A stretch of 64,000 nt of DNA, from assembly GCA_050084515.1 (NCBI GenBank), contig CM114271.1:3534001-3598000 (forward strand). The letters are read 5' to 3'. This DNA is from Blasia pusilla (lineage: Eukaryota). Below, piece after piece: positions 50,485 to 64,000 of the stretch; position 1 is the stretch's first letter, and the number at the start of each line of letters is the position of its first letter. The translations under genes were made by a program, and so were the position numbers. Below the pieces are notes generated by a model. That model was not told where the DNA came from, made no database searches, and worked only from the letters and a program-made list of their open reading frames with translations.

Positions 50485-53400
50485 ATGAATTTGAGGGCAG
50501 TATTATGGCCGGCGATCGCATTATTGATCTTCGGCTGTTTCTGGATGGGCTGCGATGCGCTGTACGAGGATCAAGTGGGAATGTGGGATTGGTGAGGTTC
50601 GCTACTCCTCCGGAAGTCTTTGCAAGACATTGGTTGTATGTGTGATGTTCATTGCACAATCCGTGTTGGTTGATTGTTCTTTACTAGTTGGTTTCTTCTG
50701 TTTACAGGCACCAGCAATATATTGGCAAAGTGAGTCATGCGGTTTTTCAGACTCAAGGCAGTGGAAGGAAGCGAGTTATAGTTGCGACCGAACAAAATGC
50801 TATTGCATCTCTTAACCTTAGGACTGGTGAACTCTGTAAGTGCCTGGGAGCTCTCCTTAGAAACCTCTTGGTTGTATAGTCTTGAGGGTCCTAGTTAAAG
50901 GTCACAATCTGGGTTACGACTCTCCCTAAACCTATCTTTGAGCTACAGAAGGGGTTGATTCTGCTGCCTGGGTTGGAGGTCGTTTGACTAGTTCTCCATG
51001 GCTCTAGTTACCTTTCATGTCCTATCTAAGTGATGAAATTGTTGTGGTTTAACTCTTCTAACAAGCATCTATATCAGTCTCCACATAGAAAGCGATCAAA
51101 TTAAGTACAGTAGGATAAGTAAAGGAAAGTGGTTTTTTGATTCGCGGAATGTGTGTCTACTTGCAGACTGGAGACGTGTATTGGGGGAGACAGACTGTAT
51201 AAATGCTCTGGCTTTAACCCTTGGGAAATGTGAGTTTCTGATAGTTTGTGCATTTTGAAATCAATTAAGTGTTTTTGTGTGTTTGCATTGTATGTGATGT
51301 GTGTCTAGCATAATTTCTGAATCATGCAGTATGGTCTATGAATTTGGTTGCATGAAAGATGATAGTAGAATTCACTACACATCTTGCTCAAGCACTGGAA
51401 GGCAGGGATTTCTGGATCAATATATGCAATGCTTTGTGTAGATGTCATCTCTTTGTCCAATGAAGGCAGCAGCGTAAGGGCCTGGCATCTACCAGATGGT
51501 GTGTTGGTCTGGGAATCTCAAATCCAGCCATCACTGGGCTCTACCGCAAGTTTACTGGTCCTGCCTGTAAGATATACTTCCTTGCGCACCAATCAAATCT
51601 TGTGAAGGCACCTGAACTTCAAAGTTTTACTAGTCTTACCAGTAAAGTGTGGCAGAAAGAGGCCGCGAATGGGATTGAGGCCAGGAAATACTGAATGTGA
51701 TGTTGTTAGTTAGATCTTTTGATGGTTGTTTGTTGTCATTCCAATTGTTGACTCCACAAAGTTAACTCACTTTTTTGCAAACAAATTGCTCTGCCAAAAG
51801 TAGGTCTGAACAGCACACACTTAGCTCTAGTGTGCACAGACTTTCTCACTGAATGGTTCTTATGTACAGGTTGACATAAATAATGATAGGGCAAACGATC
51901 TCCTAGTCTTCAGTGGGGGAGTGCTGTATGCCCTTTCTAGCATTGACGGAAGGATCATTTGGAAAGCAGATCTACAGGCTGTAAGGTAGCGGCTCTATGA
52001 GAGTGATATGCTGGATTGCTTGTAATGTACCATTTTGTAGTTTGCCTTCCTTTCCTCCAGGCGATGGACAATGAGTACTGGTGAAGTCGTCTACATTTGC
52101 GAAGGGAGTAAACTAGGATCTCCTCAAATGTTGATGTCACACTGCTGATTTTCAGTGGGAAGCCATTTAGGAGGGACTTATCTTACCTGTATGACTGATA
52201 GACTGAAATGTCAAGCTGTGTCACTGAAGAATCCCATGGATTAAGGTCTGTACAGGACAAGGAGTGACTTGAAGATTTTTTACTCTGCTTCTCATGAGGG
52301 TTTGAAATATTGAACTCAAGGGGTTTGATTATTGTACTCCTTCACTACATACTGAATATTTGTCATTCTCATGGCTGTCTGGCAGTGAGGACTTCATTAT
52401 CAAGAAGGTGAGTCTGTCCACAGATGGAACACTTTCTGGTGTTGGTTTCGCAGGCAGTTCGGGACTGGTGATCGTGGTCATTGATCTGGGATCTGGTGAC
52501 ATTCGCAAATCCAATCCAATCAGCACCTTGAAACAGTTGTCTACCGATGAGCTTCTGCTAATCAACGGTGTCGCAGTGGTTGTGGACTCAGAGAGGACCA
52601 CTGTTGTAACTGCTCTTGTCCAAACAAGTGGTGATGTGAAAGTCGTTGAGAATCCTATGTCAGATCTTGTTCCTGGAATAGTGAGGAGTGCAAAACTTCT
52701 GCCTATAAAGCTGGAAGGAGCAGTAGCTCTGGAAGTGAATGACAAAGTGGTTGTACTCAATGTGGATCCAATAACAGGGAAATTGAGTGTACTGGAAGTG
52801 CTGGACAATTCAGCCATTCTGAGTGACACTTTGGGGGTGGTGGATGATAAACATGCTCTGGCTATAGTCCAACCCTCTGAACCTGGACAAAGAACGACTG
52901 CTGGAGAGTTTTCCTTACGAGTGGTCTATGCTGATACTTGGAATATTGATGCCGTGAAAGACAAGGTGAAATTGGAATTGCATCGAGGACTCATCAAGAA
53001 GGTGTTTTTGAATGCATATCTTCGAACCGATCGGAGTTATGGTTTCAGGGCTTTAGTTGTTGGAGAGGATGACTCATTGGCTTTGCTTCAGCAAGGGGAG
53101 GTGGTATGGACACGTGAGGATGGGCTTGCCACCATTGTGGATACCTACTTCAGTGATCTTCCTCTAGAGAGAGATGGGCATTCTGTGTCGGAAGTGGAGC
53201 ATGATCTGGCAGAGTGGCTGAGGGTAATGAACTCATTCCAAAATTGATGCTTTTGTCTCTGCACCTTCTTTCAATACACATAGCTTGCAGGATCGATATG
53301 GATTCCCTCTTTGTCAGGACTCTTGCATTCTCAGATATGGGTCGTAAAATAGGAGAACTGAAGATAGTCTTTGTTTGGGCTCATCTGAATCTGGTAGTCC

Positions 53401-56267
53401 ATGAACAGGAATGATGTCATCACCAAAGTTATAACAGGGTTGAGCAGGTTTACTGCTTTTAGATGATCTAGTATATTTAACGTTTGTTTGTGTCAATCTT
53501 GCAGGGTCATTGGCTGAAGCTGAAGGCCACTTTGTTTCTTGCCAACTCGGAAGATCTGGCTGCAGTCCAAGCACTACGCCTGCACAGCGCAGATAAGACA
53601 AAAATGATCAGGGATCACAATGGCTTTCGTAAACTGATAATTGTTTTAACAAAGGCAGGGAAAGTTTTGGCTTTGCACACCGGGGATGGTAGAATTGTGT
53701 GGTCAGTTCTTGTCTCTGGGTTACGCTCTGATTCTTCTAGCTCTCTGACAATTCCACTCCGACTCCTGCCCTGGCAAATCCCACATAGGCATGCTTTGGA
53801 TGAAAATCCCGTGGTCGTTGTCTTGGGGAAGTCCGAACCAGGATCCAGTGCTCCTGGTATTCTTTCCTGGGTTGATGTTTATAAAGGAAAGGAATTGAAA
53901 TCGACTCAGCTCAACTTTCCCGTCAGACTTGTCATCCCATTACCAATTACGGATTCATCGGAACAGCAGCTTCATCTTTTTGTGGATGACCAACTCAAGG
54001 TCCACGTTTTCCCAGTGACAGATGAAAGCTTAAGGCTGTTCATCAACCACAAATCAAATCTGTATTACTACTTAGTCAACAAAGAGGATGGTACCATTGA
54101 TGGCTATGCAATAAAAGACAGGGCTGATTACGGAGCAGATGAAGAGACTAATGGTTATATATTCTATTCAGAGAAGATCTGGTCAGTAGTATTTCCTTCC
54201 GAGACAGAAGTGATCTCAACTGTTGTTTCAAAGAAGCCAGATGAGGTGCGGAATCATTCTCTTTTCTCACGAGAACTCTTCAGGTGTTAGTTAATTGATT
54301 ATATTGTATTTATTAGAACTAGATGGCATGAAGTGAAGGCTTATAATCCATTGTGGGCGTAGCAGGTTGTCCACACACAAACTAAAGTTCTTGGAAGCCG
54401 TGATGTTCTCTACAAGTATCTCAACAAGAATTTGATCTTTGTAGCAACTGTGACACCGAAGGCAGCTCGTAACATTGGTGATGCAACTCCAGAAGAGGCC
54501 GGATTAGTTGCATACTTGATTGATACTGTGACTGGGCGAGTCCTACATCGAGTATCACACCCATCTATGCAAGGGCCTGTGCATGCGGTACTATCATTTT
54601 TTCTAATTCTCAATACATCTTATGGGTATCTAGTCCTTTCTTCCGCTTCTCTTCCTTGGAAAAATTCTGGGAAGGAGTTTCTCCTCTCAAGAAATTATGT
54701 GTAATTCTCCCTGGCACACTGTACTGACTTGAGCTCGTTGACTTAGGTCTTCGATGAAAACTGGGTCATATATCACTACTTCAATGTGAAGATGTACCGG
54801 CATGAGATGTCTGTGATGGAGCTTTATGATCAAACTCGGATGGTATACATACTACCTGCTCTTTCTCTGTGAAGTAGTTTTACTTATATGGAGGTTGAAC
54901 TTTGCTGTGGATGTCCTACATTAATGCCTCAACCCTGAGAATCTCACTTTCCTTTCACTGGACGAGGACTATGCCAATTAAAAGAAGGAAAAAACAATCC
55001 AGAGTGAAAATTAACTTGAATTAAGAGAAAATCTTGACAACTTGCATAACCTTGGTTTTTCTTCTGAACAGGGGGACAAAGGATTGATGCAGTTGATGCT
55101 AGGCCGACACAATGCAAGCTCCCCAGTCTCATCGTTTTCCATCCCCAGTATTGAAGTAAAATCGCAGAGCTACTTCTTCACCTTCAGTGTGAAGACAATG
55201 AAAGTAACTTCCACGGCACGAGGAATCACGGGAAAGCATCTCCTAGTCGGTACCGTGAATGACCAGGTAGTTAACCCTTATTGGAAGCAAATCAGACTTG
55301 CTTAGACAATCATGGCATAGGATATGTGAGATTTAGAGTGTGTACTCAAAGGGCCGCTGTATGGCCCCCATATGGTGGCCTGTTGAGGCCTGGTAGTACA
55401 GCCGATGGCTGTAAAATATGATGCCATATAAATTCCAGCTCTTCAGTCAAAGATGATTCCATGTCAGCGGTAAAATCCAGCCAACAAAATTTATGGCGGA
55501 AAATTTGATCACTGTGGATTTATCTGCAGTGGCTGCTTTGAGTGGCCCTAATAGATAGGATTGGGTTTGTTTGCATGCCTGTACAAAGTCTGTCTCGTGA
55601 TACATCAATAGGGGACTGATGCTTCTTGCTTTGGTATTACTATTTGGAGTGCCGTCCAAGAACCCTGATACTTGCGGCGTCCTTCTATTGGATGAATCTG
55701 TTTGCAGGTGCTGGCTCTAGACAAACGGTATTTTGATTCAAGGAGAACGTTGAATCCTACAACATCTGAGAGAGAAGAGGGAATCATGCCTTTGACTGAT
55801 GCCCTCCCCATCTTAGCACAGGTGATTGGAATGCTCTGTCAGTCTAGATCCCTTACGCTCAGGTTAATTAAGATGATCATACACGCAGAGTTTATCACAT
55901 TATTGGTCGCTTTTTGTCTTGGCTTAAGGGTGGATGAATAAGTGCTTGATGGAAGAGACAGTTGGGTGCAGACAAGTGCTAATGCAGTACATGTTGGAAT
56001 TGACAGTCATACATCACGCATGTGTACCAAGTGGAAGGATTGCGAGGCATCTTGACTGAACCAGCACACCTGGAGTCTACCTCCCTTGTCTTCACCTATG
56101 GCCTCGACTTATTTTATACACTCACAGCACCTTCCAAGACATATGACTCTCTGACAGAAGAATTTAGCTATGCCTTGCTTCTTCTAACAATCGTGGCATT
56201 GGTTATTGGCATAGCTGTCACATGGATATTGTCAGAGCGCAAGGAACTTGGGGAAAAATGGAAGTGA
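50485..56267 (+). CDS. EMC1: ER membrane protein complex subunit 1; 12 coding exons
   Basis: Approximate exons 50485-50591, 50708-50835, 51167-51229, 51442-51566, 51870-51985, 52386-53223, 53505-54245, 54366-54587, 54747-54842, 55072-55266, 55708-55821, 56007-56267. Signal peptide then LYEDQVGMWDWHQQYIG; WTREDGLA, DHNGFRKLII, YKYLNKN, LESTSLVFTYGLDLFY, PSKTYDSL; C-terminal TM helix. Confidence 0.96.
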
Positions 56268-58129
56268 TGTTTTGGAGGCTTCTGTTCCAATCCTTGTGTT
56301 CCCATCAACGAATAGGCCCGCTGATCCTTGTTTCAAGCATCAGTTGAGTGCTCATGAAAAGGGGAGAAAGAGCAATTTTGTCTGTCTGCTAGCTCACCAA
56401 GATTCATGGGGATGCCATGATGAGTGTGATGGGTGCATGGCACGATGTAGGAGATTGATTCTACCGAGCTGATTTGAATCGTATCGGCCCCCTCCCGGCA
56501 AATTTTAACTAGTGAATTGTGAAAGAGGGATCACTACTGTAAGGAGCCAATCCGGTCCATGTAGGATATTCAAGAGTACTGGTCAAAGTGTATGGAAGTG
56601 TCAAGGGAGCATGGAAAGACATCCAGGAGTGAGGAGTTGTGACACAAGCTTTCCTACTTTTCAGAAGTTGGGACTGGAGTACTGCTGGTCTTTGATGCTC
56701 ATTCCATTTCTATAGTGAGCTGTTTAGTTCTGATTAGGCATGGAGAATTGCTGGCAGTTATTGCTAAAAGTCTTCTGATTGCACACGTATTGGCAATGCA
56801 AAGTTCTTGAGTTATTGGCCAGCCTCGTTAGAAAAGCTGATGAATTGTGAAGGGACTCTCCTGCAGTGGGCTGACCTTCGTAGTGGGTGATCATCTGAAT
56901 TCCGCTTTCAATAGGATTAATAGAATGTGCCAATGCCGACTGGGATCTCGTGAATGTAATCAGGTGCAGCTATCATTCAATGGTACACCATGTGAATATG
57001 GATTTGGTGATTTGGACCTGGATCCCATTCCTGATTGGTAGACCTTATCACAAAATCGTTGAACGGTGTAAATGCGGACAAAGTAGTGTGGTACCAGCTT
57101 ACATCACTAACTCAAGCACTGATGCATCTCCTCTTTTGATTTGCTTCTCAATGTCTTCGAATTACATTTTCTCATCACAGTTGTCATGTAATACTAACTG
57201 TGATCACATACTTCAGTCAAATCAAATGTGGGAAATTCTCAACTCCTAATGTGGGAAGGTTTGGTAGTGAGTACCATAGCTATCAGATGAATAATTTGTG
57301 GCACCTTGACAAATACGAGTAGAATCCATGTGAGTTACCTTGTCTGTTTCTCAATTCATTCAGGCAGTAGTGCTGGGTAGGAGGATCACGAGAAAGGTTT
57401 GGAGACCCTAGTCACAGGGAGGAATGGAACATTGAAAGATCGTTGTGCGAAAATAGGAATCATGTGGTGAGGGTTTGGAATTCTTGGACCACCATAGCCA
57501 AATTGGTTCACAAATAGAGTTGGACAGATTAAATAGTACATCTGTACGAGACTTTAGTGGTTCCAACTATACATCCCAACTGAACCTCTTTGAAACTCTT
57601 CCAAAGAAACCTCTTCGAAACCTACTGGACTCGTTTAAAATTTGAGTTTGCAATAGGGTGCCTTTGATACTGTGGCAAACAGGAACTTCAAACCCTTATA
57701 TGTCTTTGGTTAGACTAATTACTATTATGTGTTCGCACGAAAACCTAAGTGGTGTGATTATATCTACGAGGTGGCGGAAGAAGATTTTCCTCAATGTCAA
57801 CATTTGCATCCACTCGTAGAATCAACACTACGTCGTAAGTGGTGGATTCTGGTGGTCTAGCTACATAATCATAATTTGGGTTGGTTCATGTCTGCCTGAA
57901 TACATAACCTCTCCATTGTCGTACACCTAACTTCTCATCTTGGGGTTTACAAAGTGTTGGGGATAGTATATCTTTTGTTGATTCAATGATTATGACATGT
58001 TCACACAAAATATATGAGGCATAATCATACCTATATAACCTAAGTAATACACTAGAAAACTTTTTGCATGCCAAACTTGGCATCCACGGTCAAGGCAAAT
58101 TTTTAGTGTCATTCCCTGTAAATCACAAA

Positions 58130-59300
58130 TTAAGGTCGTTGATTTAGACTATTGACACTCGTAACCTCTATATTATATTGGGGTTTATAAAGTTGTAATT
58201 CACTCCTATGAGCCAAGGCCAACACAAGTTTTTCTTCTATTACTACCTCACCTAGGAATTGACTTTCCTTAGACTCCTTAGGCGATTCCTTTGAAGGTTC
58301 TTCATCTTCCCTCAATTCGTTAGCTTACGGCTCAAATTTGATCACTAAGATGTGTAGGTCGTTGGATTTACTCACTTCTTCCATGCCCTCCCTAGTGATA
58401 GTTGAATACTTACGTTGTATCGATGGTCCAACCTTTTTCACGTTTACTCGCTTAACTTTGGGGCATTTCTCCGTGAAGTAATCAGAATCATCACACATGT
58501 AGCACCCTTTGGTGAAACTTAACTTTGGGGCAGGACCCTTTGGTGTCTCGCTCATCGGAGGTTGCCCCTTTCTTGAAGCTCTGCACTTGTGGAGTGTCAA
58601 ATCTCTTACGTCATGCCCCTCATAAGGCTTTGTCACTTTGGACTTCCTCTTGTTTGCTCCACCAAACGATGCTCTCATCTTCACATTTAGGACTATCTTG
58701 TCTCGCTGCTCGAGACTTGAATGCTTGAACACAAGTTAAGTCGTCATATCTATGACATCCTTCAACTTCCTAATCTTGGTTGTTGGCGTTGCACACTTCT
58801 CTTTCAACATCCTTTTTAACGCAGGCTTCATCACCTCTACAAAATTGAAGACTTGATCAACTTCCAAAATGTCATTAATGACCACCAACATCCTATGCAT
58901 TTAGATGTTGAAACTTGTAATTGAGCCTCTAAGTTGCATCTGCAACAATCTTACCTTAGCTTGGGTTGCTTGATTCATTGCCAAGTATCATCTATTGCTT
59001 TTGTGTTTGTGATGAAACTCGATAGCTTGGACGGTGAGTGCCTTAGATGGTATGTAATACTGACTAGGCATTCGATCTAGAAAGGCATATGTTACTCCCT
59101 CTGCTAAAGTGAATGTCTCTTTGTCTATGCTTGTGTTTGTGATCCTCATGGGATAAGGCGTAAAGTTTTTACCATGTTTTCTAGTTATTCTATCCCTTTC
59201 ATTTCTTCTATATAAATACGATTGGATTCCGTCGGTATCACAATGCATATCACTTCGGTAGTCATACTAGGGAAAGTCATTCTAATGGCCGTACTTGTCC
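58130..59300 (-). mobile_element. Ty3/Gypsy gag (and protease-region) remnant
   Basis: Decayed zinc knuckle CYMCDDSDYFTEKCP (ORF 58325-58732) and retrotrans-gag-like sequence upstream; many stops. Confidence 0.6.
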
Positions 59301-61193
59301 CCAAAAGTGCGCATGTTAACCATAGGCCCTTGTGCCTCAAACCTTACTCCTCATGATGACATGCTTTAGGCAATTCCAAGATCTCCATTATGTTCTTTGT
59401 ATCCAAACAAGATTCAAGGTCCTTGAGTTTGCCATTATATAATAGATATCTAGGGAGATACCCCATTCTCACATGTGGTCGTTTTTTTTAAGATGAGCCA
59501 AGAAAAGCAGAAATCACAATGGGAATGACTTGCCCTACTAGCCAAGTTTGTAAACATATGGGCTCTGGCACCCTTCACCCTTGCCGCTAATCCATACAAC
59601 CTAAGTTTTTTCTTAAGGTAATGGTAAGTAAGTTTAGGCTTCAACTCTTCATTAAAAAAAAAGTGGTTTTGGCGACTCCAATCTATCCTTGCGCCTATAT
59701 ATCATCGGTTAGTTAACCCGAGGTCAAGATCCCTTAACCACAACAACTTTTTGGATACGAAATCAACTAATTTATTGTTATCGTTTCCTCCAAACATGAG
59801 ACTCTATTGGATTGGAAGACCTACTCATTTTAGAGGTGTATGTCTTAGGTTTGAGTGCTTAAGTGCACCTTGTTTTGCACGAGTCCCTCATGAATCATAA
59901 CTCATTTCTAACCATTGTGACACTAACCTGAGATGAATAGGCGCGAGGCAATCTATGAACTCACCTCAACCAAAGAACCTACTCAATAATCCATCACATG
60001 AGATATTACGGATCTTTCATTAAACATATCTAATTTAGTTTAAACTTAAGAGACTTTTCATTGAAATAAACCTTAACAAAAACGTGGGCTAAAAGGGAAA
60101 AAGAAGAAGAAGAAGATATTCCCTATAAGATCCATATAATTTTCATGGTTCAAAAGTAAGAATAAAAGATCTTTATTAACAAACTAATCTAGTGTTATCC
60201 CCATAATCAAGACTAATCTCTTACATAAACTTCCCTAAAACCCTCTTTAAAAGCACAACGCATGATCCTCATGTGAGGGAGAGAACCTCCAGGGCCCACC
60301 TCATTCCCCGGGGCCCACTGGAACGGATAGGTATGGTCCACCGTGGGGCACGTGTAACTCAGTCACTGAAAATAACACGTGACTGGAAATTTCCATGATG
60401 AACGTGTCACTCGTTAGAGCCAGACACTTGTCACAAGAACCCCGTGCAAGCGATTAGATAAATAAATAAATAATAAATAACAATAAATAATACTGAAAAC
60501 GGTATAAAAACAAAAATTGGGTCGAGGGTATCTTAGAGAACAAGTGTCAATTAATCGTTTCCTCATTTAGAACATAATATTTTATAGTAAATAAAATATT
60601 TAAATAAATAAATCAGTAGAAACTCATCTGAGAAGTTTAAAAGAATTTCTACACCCTTTCTGCATATAAAATTTTATGGAAAATATGTAAAATAAGGATA
60701 AAAGGAAAGAAAACCTTGAGAAATATAGAATAAATCCCATCCAAGTTTTTAAAAAGTAATAAATAATAAATAAAATTAGCATTGATAAAAGATTAAGTAA
60801 GCTTCCAAGATGAAAAATTCCCATTAAGAATATTTCCATTTTTGGTAATCAGCACGGGATGGATAGCCTACTTTCATTCATTTCTTGCAATTTTTTTCAT
60901 TTAGGTATCTTAGTTTAAAGTATTTCACTTCTTGTGGTTCCAATAAGAAACTAAACAAAGCATCCAACATTAATCAGATGGCCATCCAAATCAGCTACTT
61001 TGAAGCCCATTACTATTATAGTTATTTAAACCTCAAGTCAGTCCATGTTCAAGAGGGGGCCACAAAGTTAGAGTTACCACAACTTGGTCATATGTGTCAT
61101 TTTAATTCCAAATCCCTTTGAGCTTTTCAAAAGGGGTCCTAGAAAGGATGGGAACTCATGATATAATACTAGTTTCCTTTATTAATTACCATA

Positions 61194-61370
61194 CCGAGTG
61201 TAAAGCTCGTGCCATGCACTAGAGTGAAGAGGCTAATTACGTCGCACACAAATTAAAATTTTTTTCTTGCTGCCCAAAGTGTGAGAAACATTTTCTTGCA
61301 ACCTAGTTGCCACATGTCATGTAGAGAGGTGTTTGCAAATCAAGAAGGCACTCTCCAATAATAATATAGA
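61194..61370 (-). mobile_element. 177-bp non-autonomous mini-Helitron, copy A
   Basis: A|TCTATATTATTATTGG...GTGCATGGCAC hairpin...TTTACACTCGG|T. Confidence 0.7.
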
Positions 61371-62210
61371 TTACACTTTTCGTCACCATTCATTCCAATT
61401 TGAGAATTGTTAGAATTAGTCAAATTTTGGAGTCAAAAAAATTGGGGTTGAAAATTTTCTCCTATTTTTTCAAAATTTAATACTCTTTTTAATGAACTTA
61501 TTTGCAATTGGGACATGCTCCATAGTAATAAGAGCAAAGGTTCAATAATAGAAGTTAAAAGAAGAGACAAAAATATAACCCACTTTTCATATACAACATA
61601 GTTTGTTGTAACTTGTAGAATTATTTCTAACTTTTCTCATTTGGACTTATTCTTAGGCTTAAGAAAGGTTGCAGAGCCTAATATGTGCTCCCTTCACAAA
61701 TTTCATCTCATCTAGCTTAAGGATCTTGTCGACCTCATAGGGTGAAAATCCGAAAATTCCATAAATGGAATTTGGTACGATAAGAATATTCCTATTGTGT
61801 GTTAACAAATGAATCATGTTCGGGAATATTGGTCTCTCAGATACGCAGTGGATTTAAAGACAAACTTCTCTTCTATTCTTAACTTCTTTGAAAGGCATGT
61901 ACACAAGAATCACCATTAAATATATAAATAAAAAATACAAAAAATTGACATCACATGGAAAATACACGAGGAGCTTCTATTCTCTTCCGTTTCCTCCCCA
62001 CAAAAGCGAAACGAAGATGTTTTTAAATGTGCAACAACTTACTCACAATTTCCAAGAATTGGACTCAATGTTGGAAGTAGAAATTAAATAAGATTGTGCT
62101 ACTTACAAGTTCTACATCTTTGTTTTTTTTCAACTTGCATAGGGTATGATCTTGGATTTTTTCACTCTTTCAATTCCCACTATTTCTTATTTTCTTTTCT
62201 TTACTTGACA

Positions 62211-62387
62211 TCTATATTATTATTGGAGCGCGCCTTCTTGATTTGCAAACACCTCTATATTTGACACATGACAATTAGGCAGCAAGAAAATGTTTCTTAC
62301 ACTACGGGCAACGAGAGTTTTTTTTTGAATTTGTATGTCACGTAATTAGCTTCTTCACTCTCGTGCATGGCACGCACTGTACACTAC
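62211..62387 (+). mobile_element. 177-bp non-autonomous mini-Helitron, copy B
   Basis: A|TCTATATTATTATTGG...CGTGCATGGCACG hairpin...TGTACACTAC|T; homologous to copy A over its whole length. Confidence 0.7.
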
Positions 62388-62793
62388 TTTCCATAATTCC
62401 CCGAACAATAATTGAAAGTAAGTACTTGTGAATGTTTTCACTACAAACTAATCATGACCAAATCTAATATTAGGCACTTTAAGTTTTTCAAATCATCTTA
62501 TTGATTTCTCCATTGAAATCTCCCCACTTCCTCATGCATGGTATTTTTTTCAATTCCTAGGTGGAGTCCAAGAATGACAAAGAAAATATGACAATCACAA
62601 GTACGACTTACATCCTAAGCCTATGATGAATGACTCATAGCCATGCACTACCACATACAAATTGCAATCAACTCTTGCATCGAATCTCCAAATCCATACA
62701 CTCCTTTATTGCAACACTAGCATATTCTAAGTACAACGGCCTTTGGCCCAAGATTCCAATGGGTACAAGTCATGTCTCTAGCTTCTCCTCGTA

Positions 62794-64000
62794 CTAACGT
62801 ATGTGCTTCGCTTGTGTTTGCTTGAAGTCTCGCAACAACTCTTGCGCGTGTTCCAAATCCGCCTCCGCAATCCAAGTCGCCTCCTTCACATGATAGCCCT
62901 TCCATTTAACCAAGTATTCATACTTGTTGGCCTGACGCCTCGACCGTAAGATGGTCTCCACCTCAAACTCCGGCTCTTCATTTATGATCACCGGGTGCGG
63001 TCTCACCACCTGTCTTCGCTCGAAACGTCCATTATCTTGAAGATATTTCTTCAACAATGAAACATGAAAGGTCAGGTGAATCTTGAACTTGTCCAGCAGC
63101 TCCAATGTATATACATCCTCAAACGGGTTTGCCACTATCACATACGGTCCAACATACTTGGCAGACAGCTTCGCAGACAACTCTTTCGCAAGAGTGAGAT
63201 TCTTCACACTCAACCACACTTGGTCTCCAACTTGCAATCGTACTTGGCGCCGACTCTTGTTAACATGCTTAACGTACTTCATTTGAGCCTTTGCAAGACT
63301 TCGCCTTGATCGCTCTTCCCATTCTCGCATTTCTACCAACAAACCTTCTGCCGTCGCTTGTCGTATTCGTGCCAATGTAGTACCCTTCGAAAGGGCTAGG
63401 TCAAGAGGCCCTTCTGGCTCTCATCCATTTTCCAGGAGAAACGGAGATTCTCCAGTTGCAAAATATTTGGTCGAGTTGTAGCAGTACTCCTCCATGCTCA
63501 ACCACTTGACCCAATCTCGTTGATCAGCATTGACATAATTCCCTAAGTACTGATTCACGATTGAGTTTACCTTTTCAGTCTGTCCATCCGTCTGTGGGTG
63601 GAAAGCCGTACTGAAACTGAGCTTGGTCTTAAACCTCCTGAACAAGTGCTTCCAGAAAGCACTGGTAAACTTTGGATCCCGATCTAAAACAATGCTCCTC
63701 GGCAAACCGTGAGCCTGCCACCAGCTATCAAGAAACAGTTGCGACGTCGTATAAGCCGTTGCGGAATCCACCGTCGGCACGAATCTTGCCAACTTGCTAA
63801 ACTGATCAACAATCATAAGTATAGCGTTGTATCCCTTAGATTTCGGAAGACTCGTAATGAAATCCATACTCACACTTTGCAAGGGTCCTTCTGGGATCGG
63901 CAAGGGATGCAACAAGCCTTGTTTCTTATCATAAGAAACTCTATTCGCTTGGCAGGTCACACAAGTCTTCACATATTGAGCAACATCCTCTTTCATGTTG
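62794..64000 (-). mobile_element. Ty3/Gypsy chromovirus integrase + chromodomain (element continues beyond the window)
   Basis: CVTCQ, SMDFITSLP, VDQFSK, SIVLDRDPKFTS, TAFHPQTDGQTE, YVGPY (GPY/F module) and chromodomain FEVETIL...YLVKWKGY...ATW. One in-frame TGA at 63421-63423 separates the two ORFs. Confidence 0.95.

Overview
Eukaryotic, repeat-rich plant genomic DNA. Intron style, long GC/CpG-rich promoter and UTR regions and the TE set suggest a bryophyte such as a liverwort (inference). Three intact host genes are present: an intronless DREB2F-like AP2/ERF factor (20409-21665, +), an 8-exon plastid 4-hydroxy-tetrahydrodipicolinate reductase (DapB; 31662-34456, -) and a 12-coding-exon EMC1 (50485-56267, +). 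They lie among decayed TEs: LINE fragments, a degenerate Copia element with both LTRs, Ty3/Gypsy gag and integrase-chromodomain remnants, non-autonomous Helitrons, and two diverged Mutator-like (MULE/SWIM) transposase copies resembling the At1g60560/At4g13970 family. The most interesting structures are (i) a ~10-kb MULE with no evident TIRs that carries a convergent spliced accessory gene of unknown function and a ~140-bp tandem array between its genes (VANDAL/MuDR-like layout), (ii) a ~400-bp near-perfect palindrome inside the other MULE copy, (iii) an inverted pair of 177-bp mini-Helitrons that mimic TIRs, and (iv) duplicated or tandem cis modules near the DREB2 and DapB genes. All calls were made by eye; no database searches were run.
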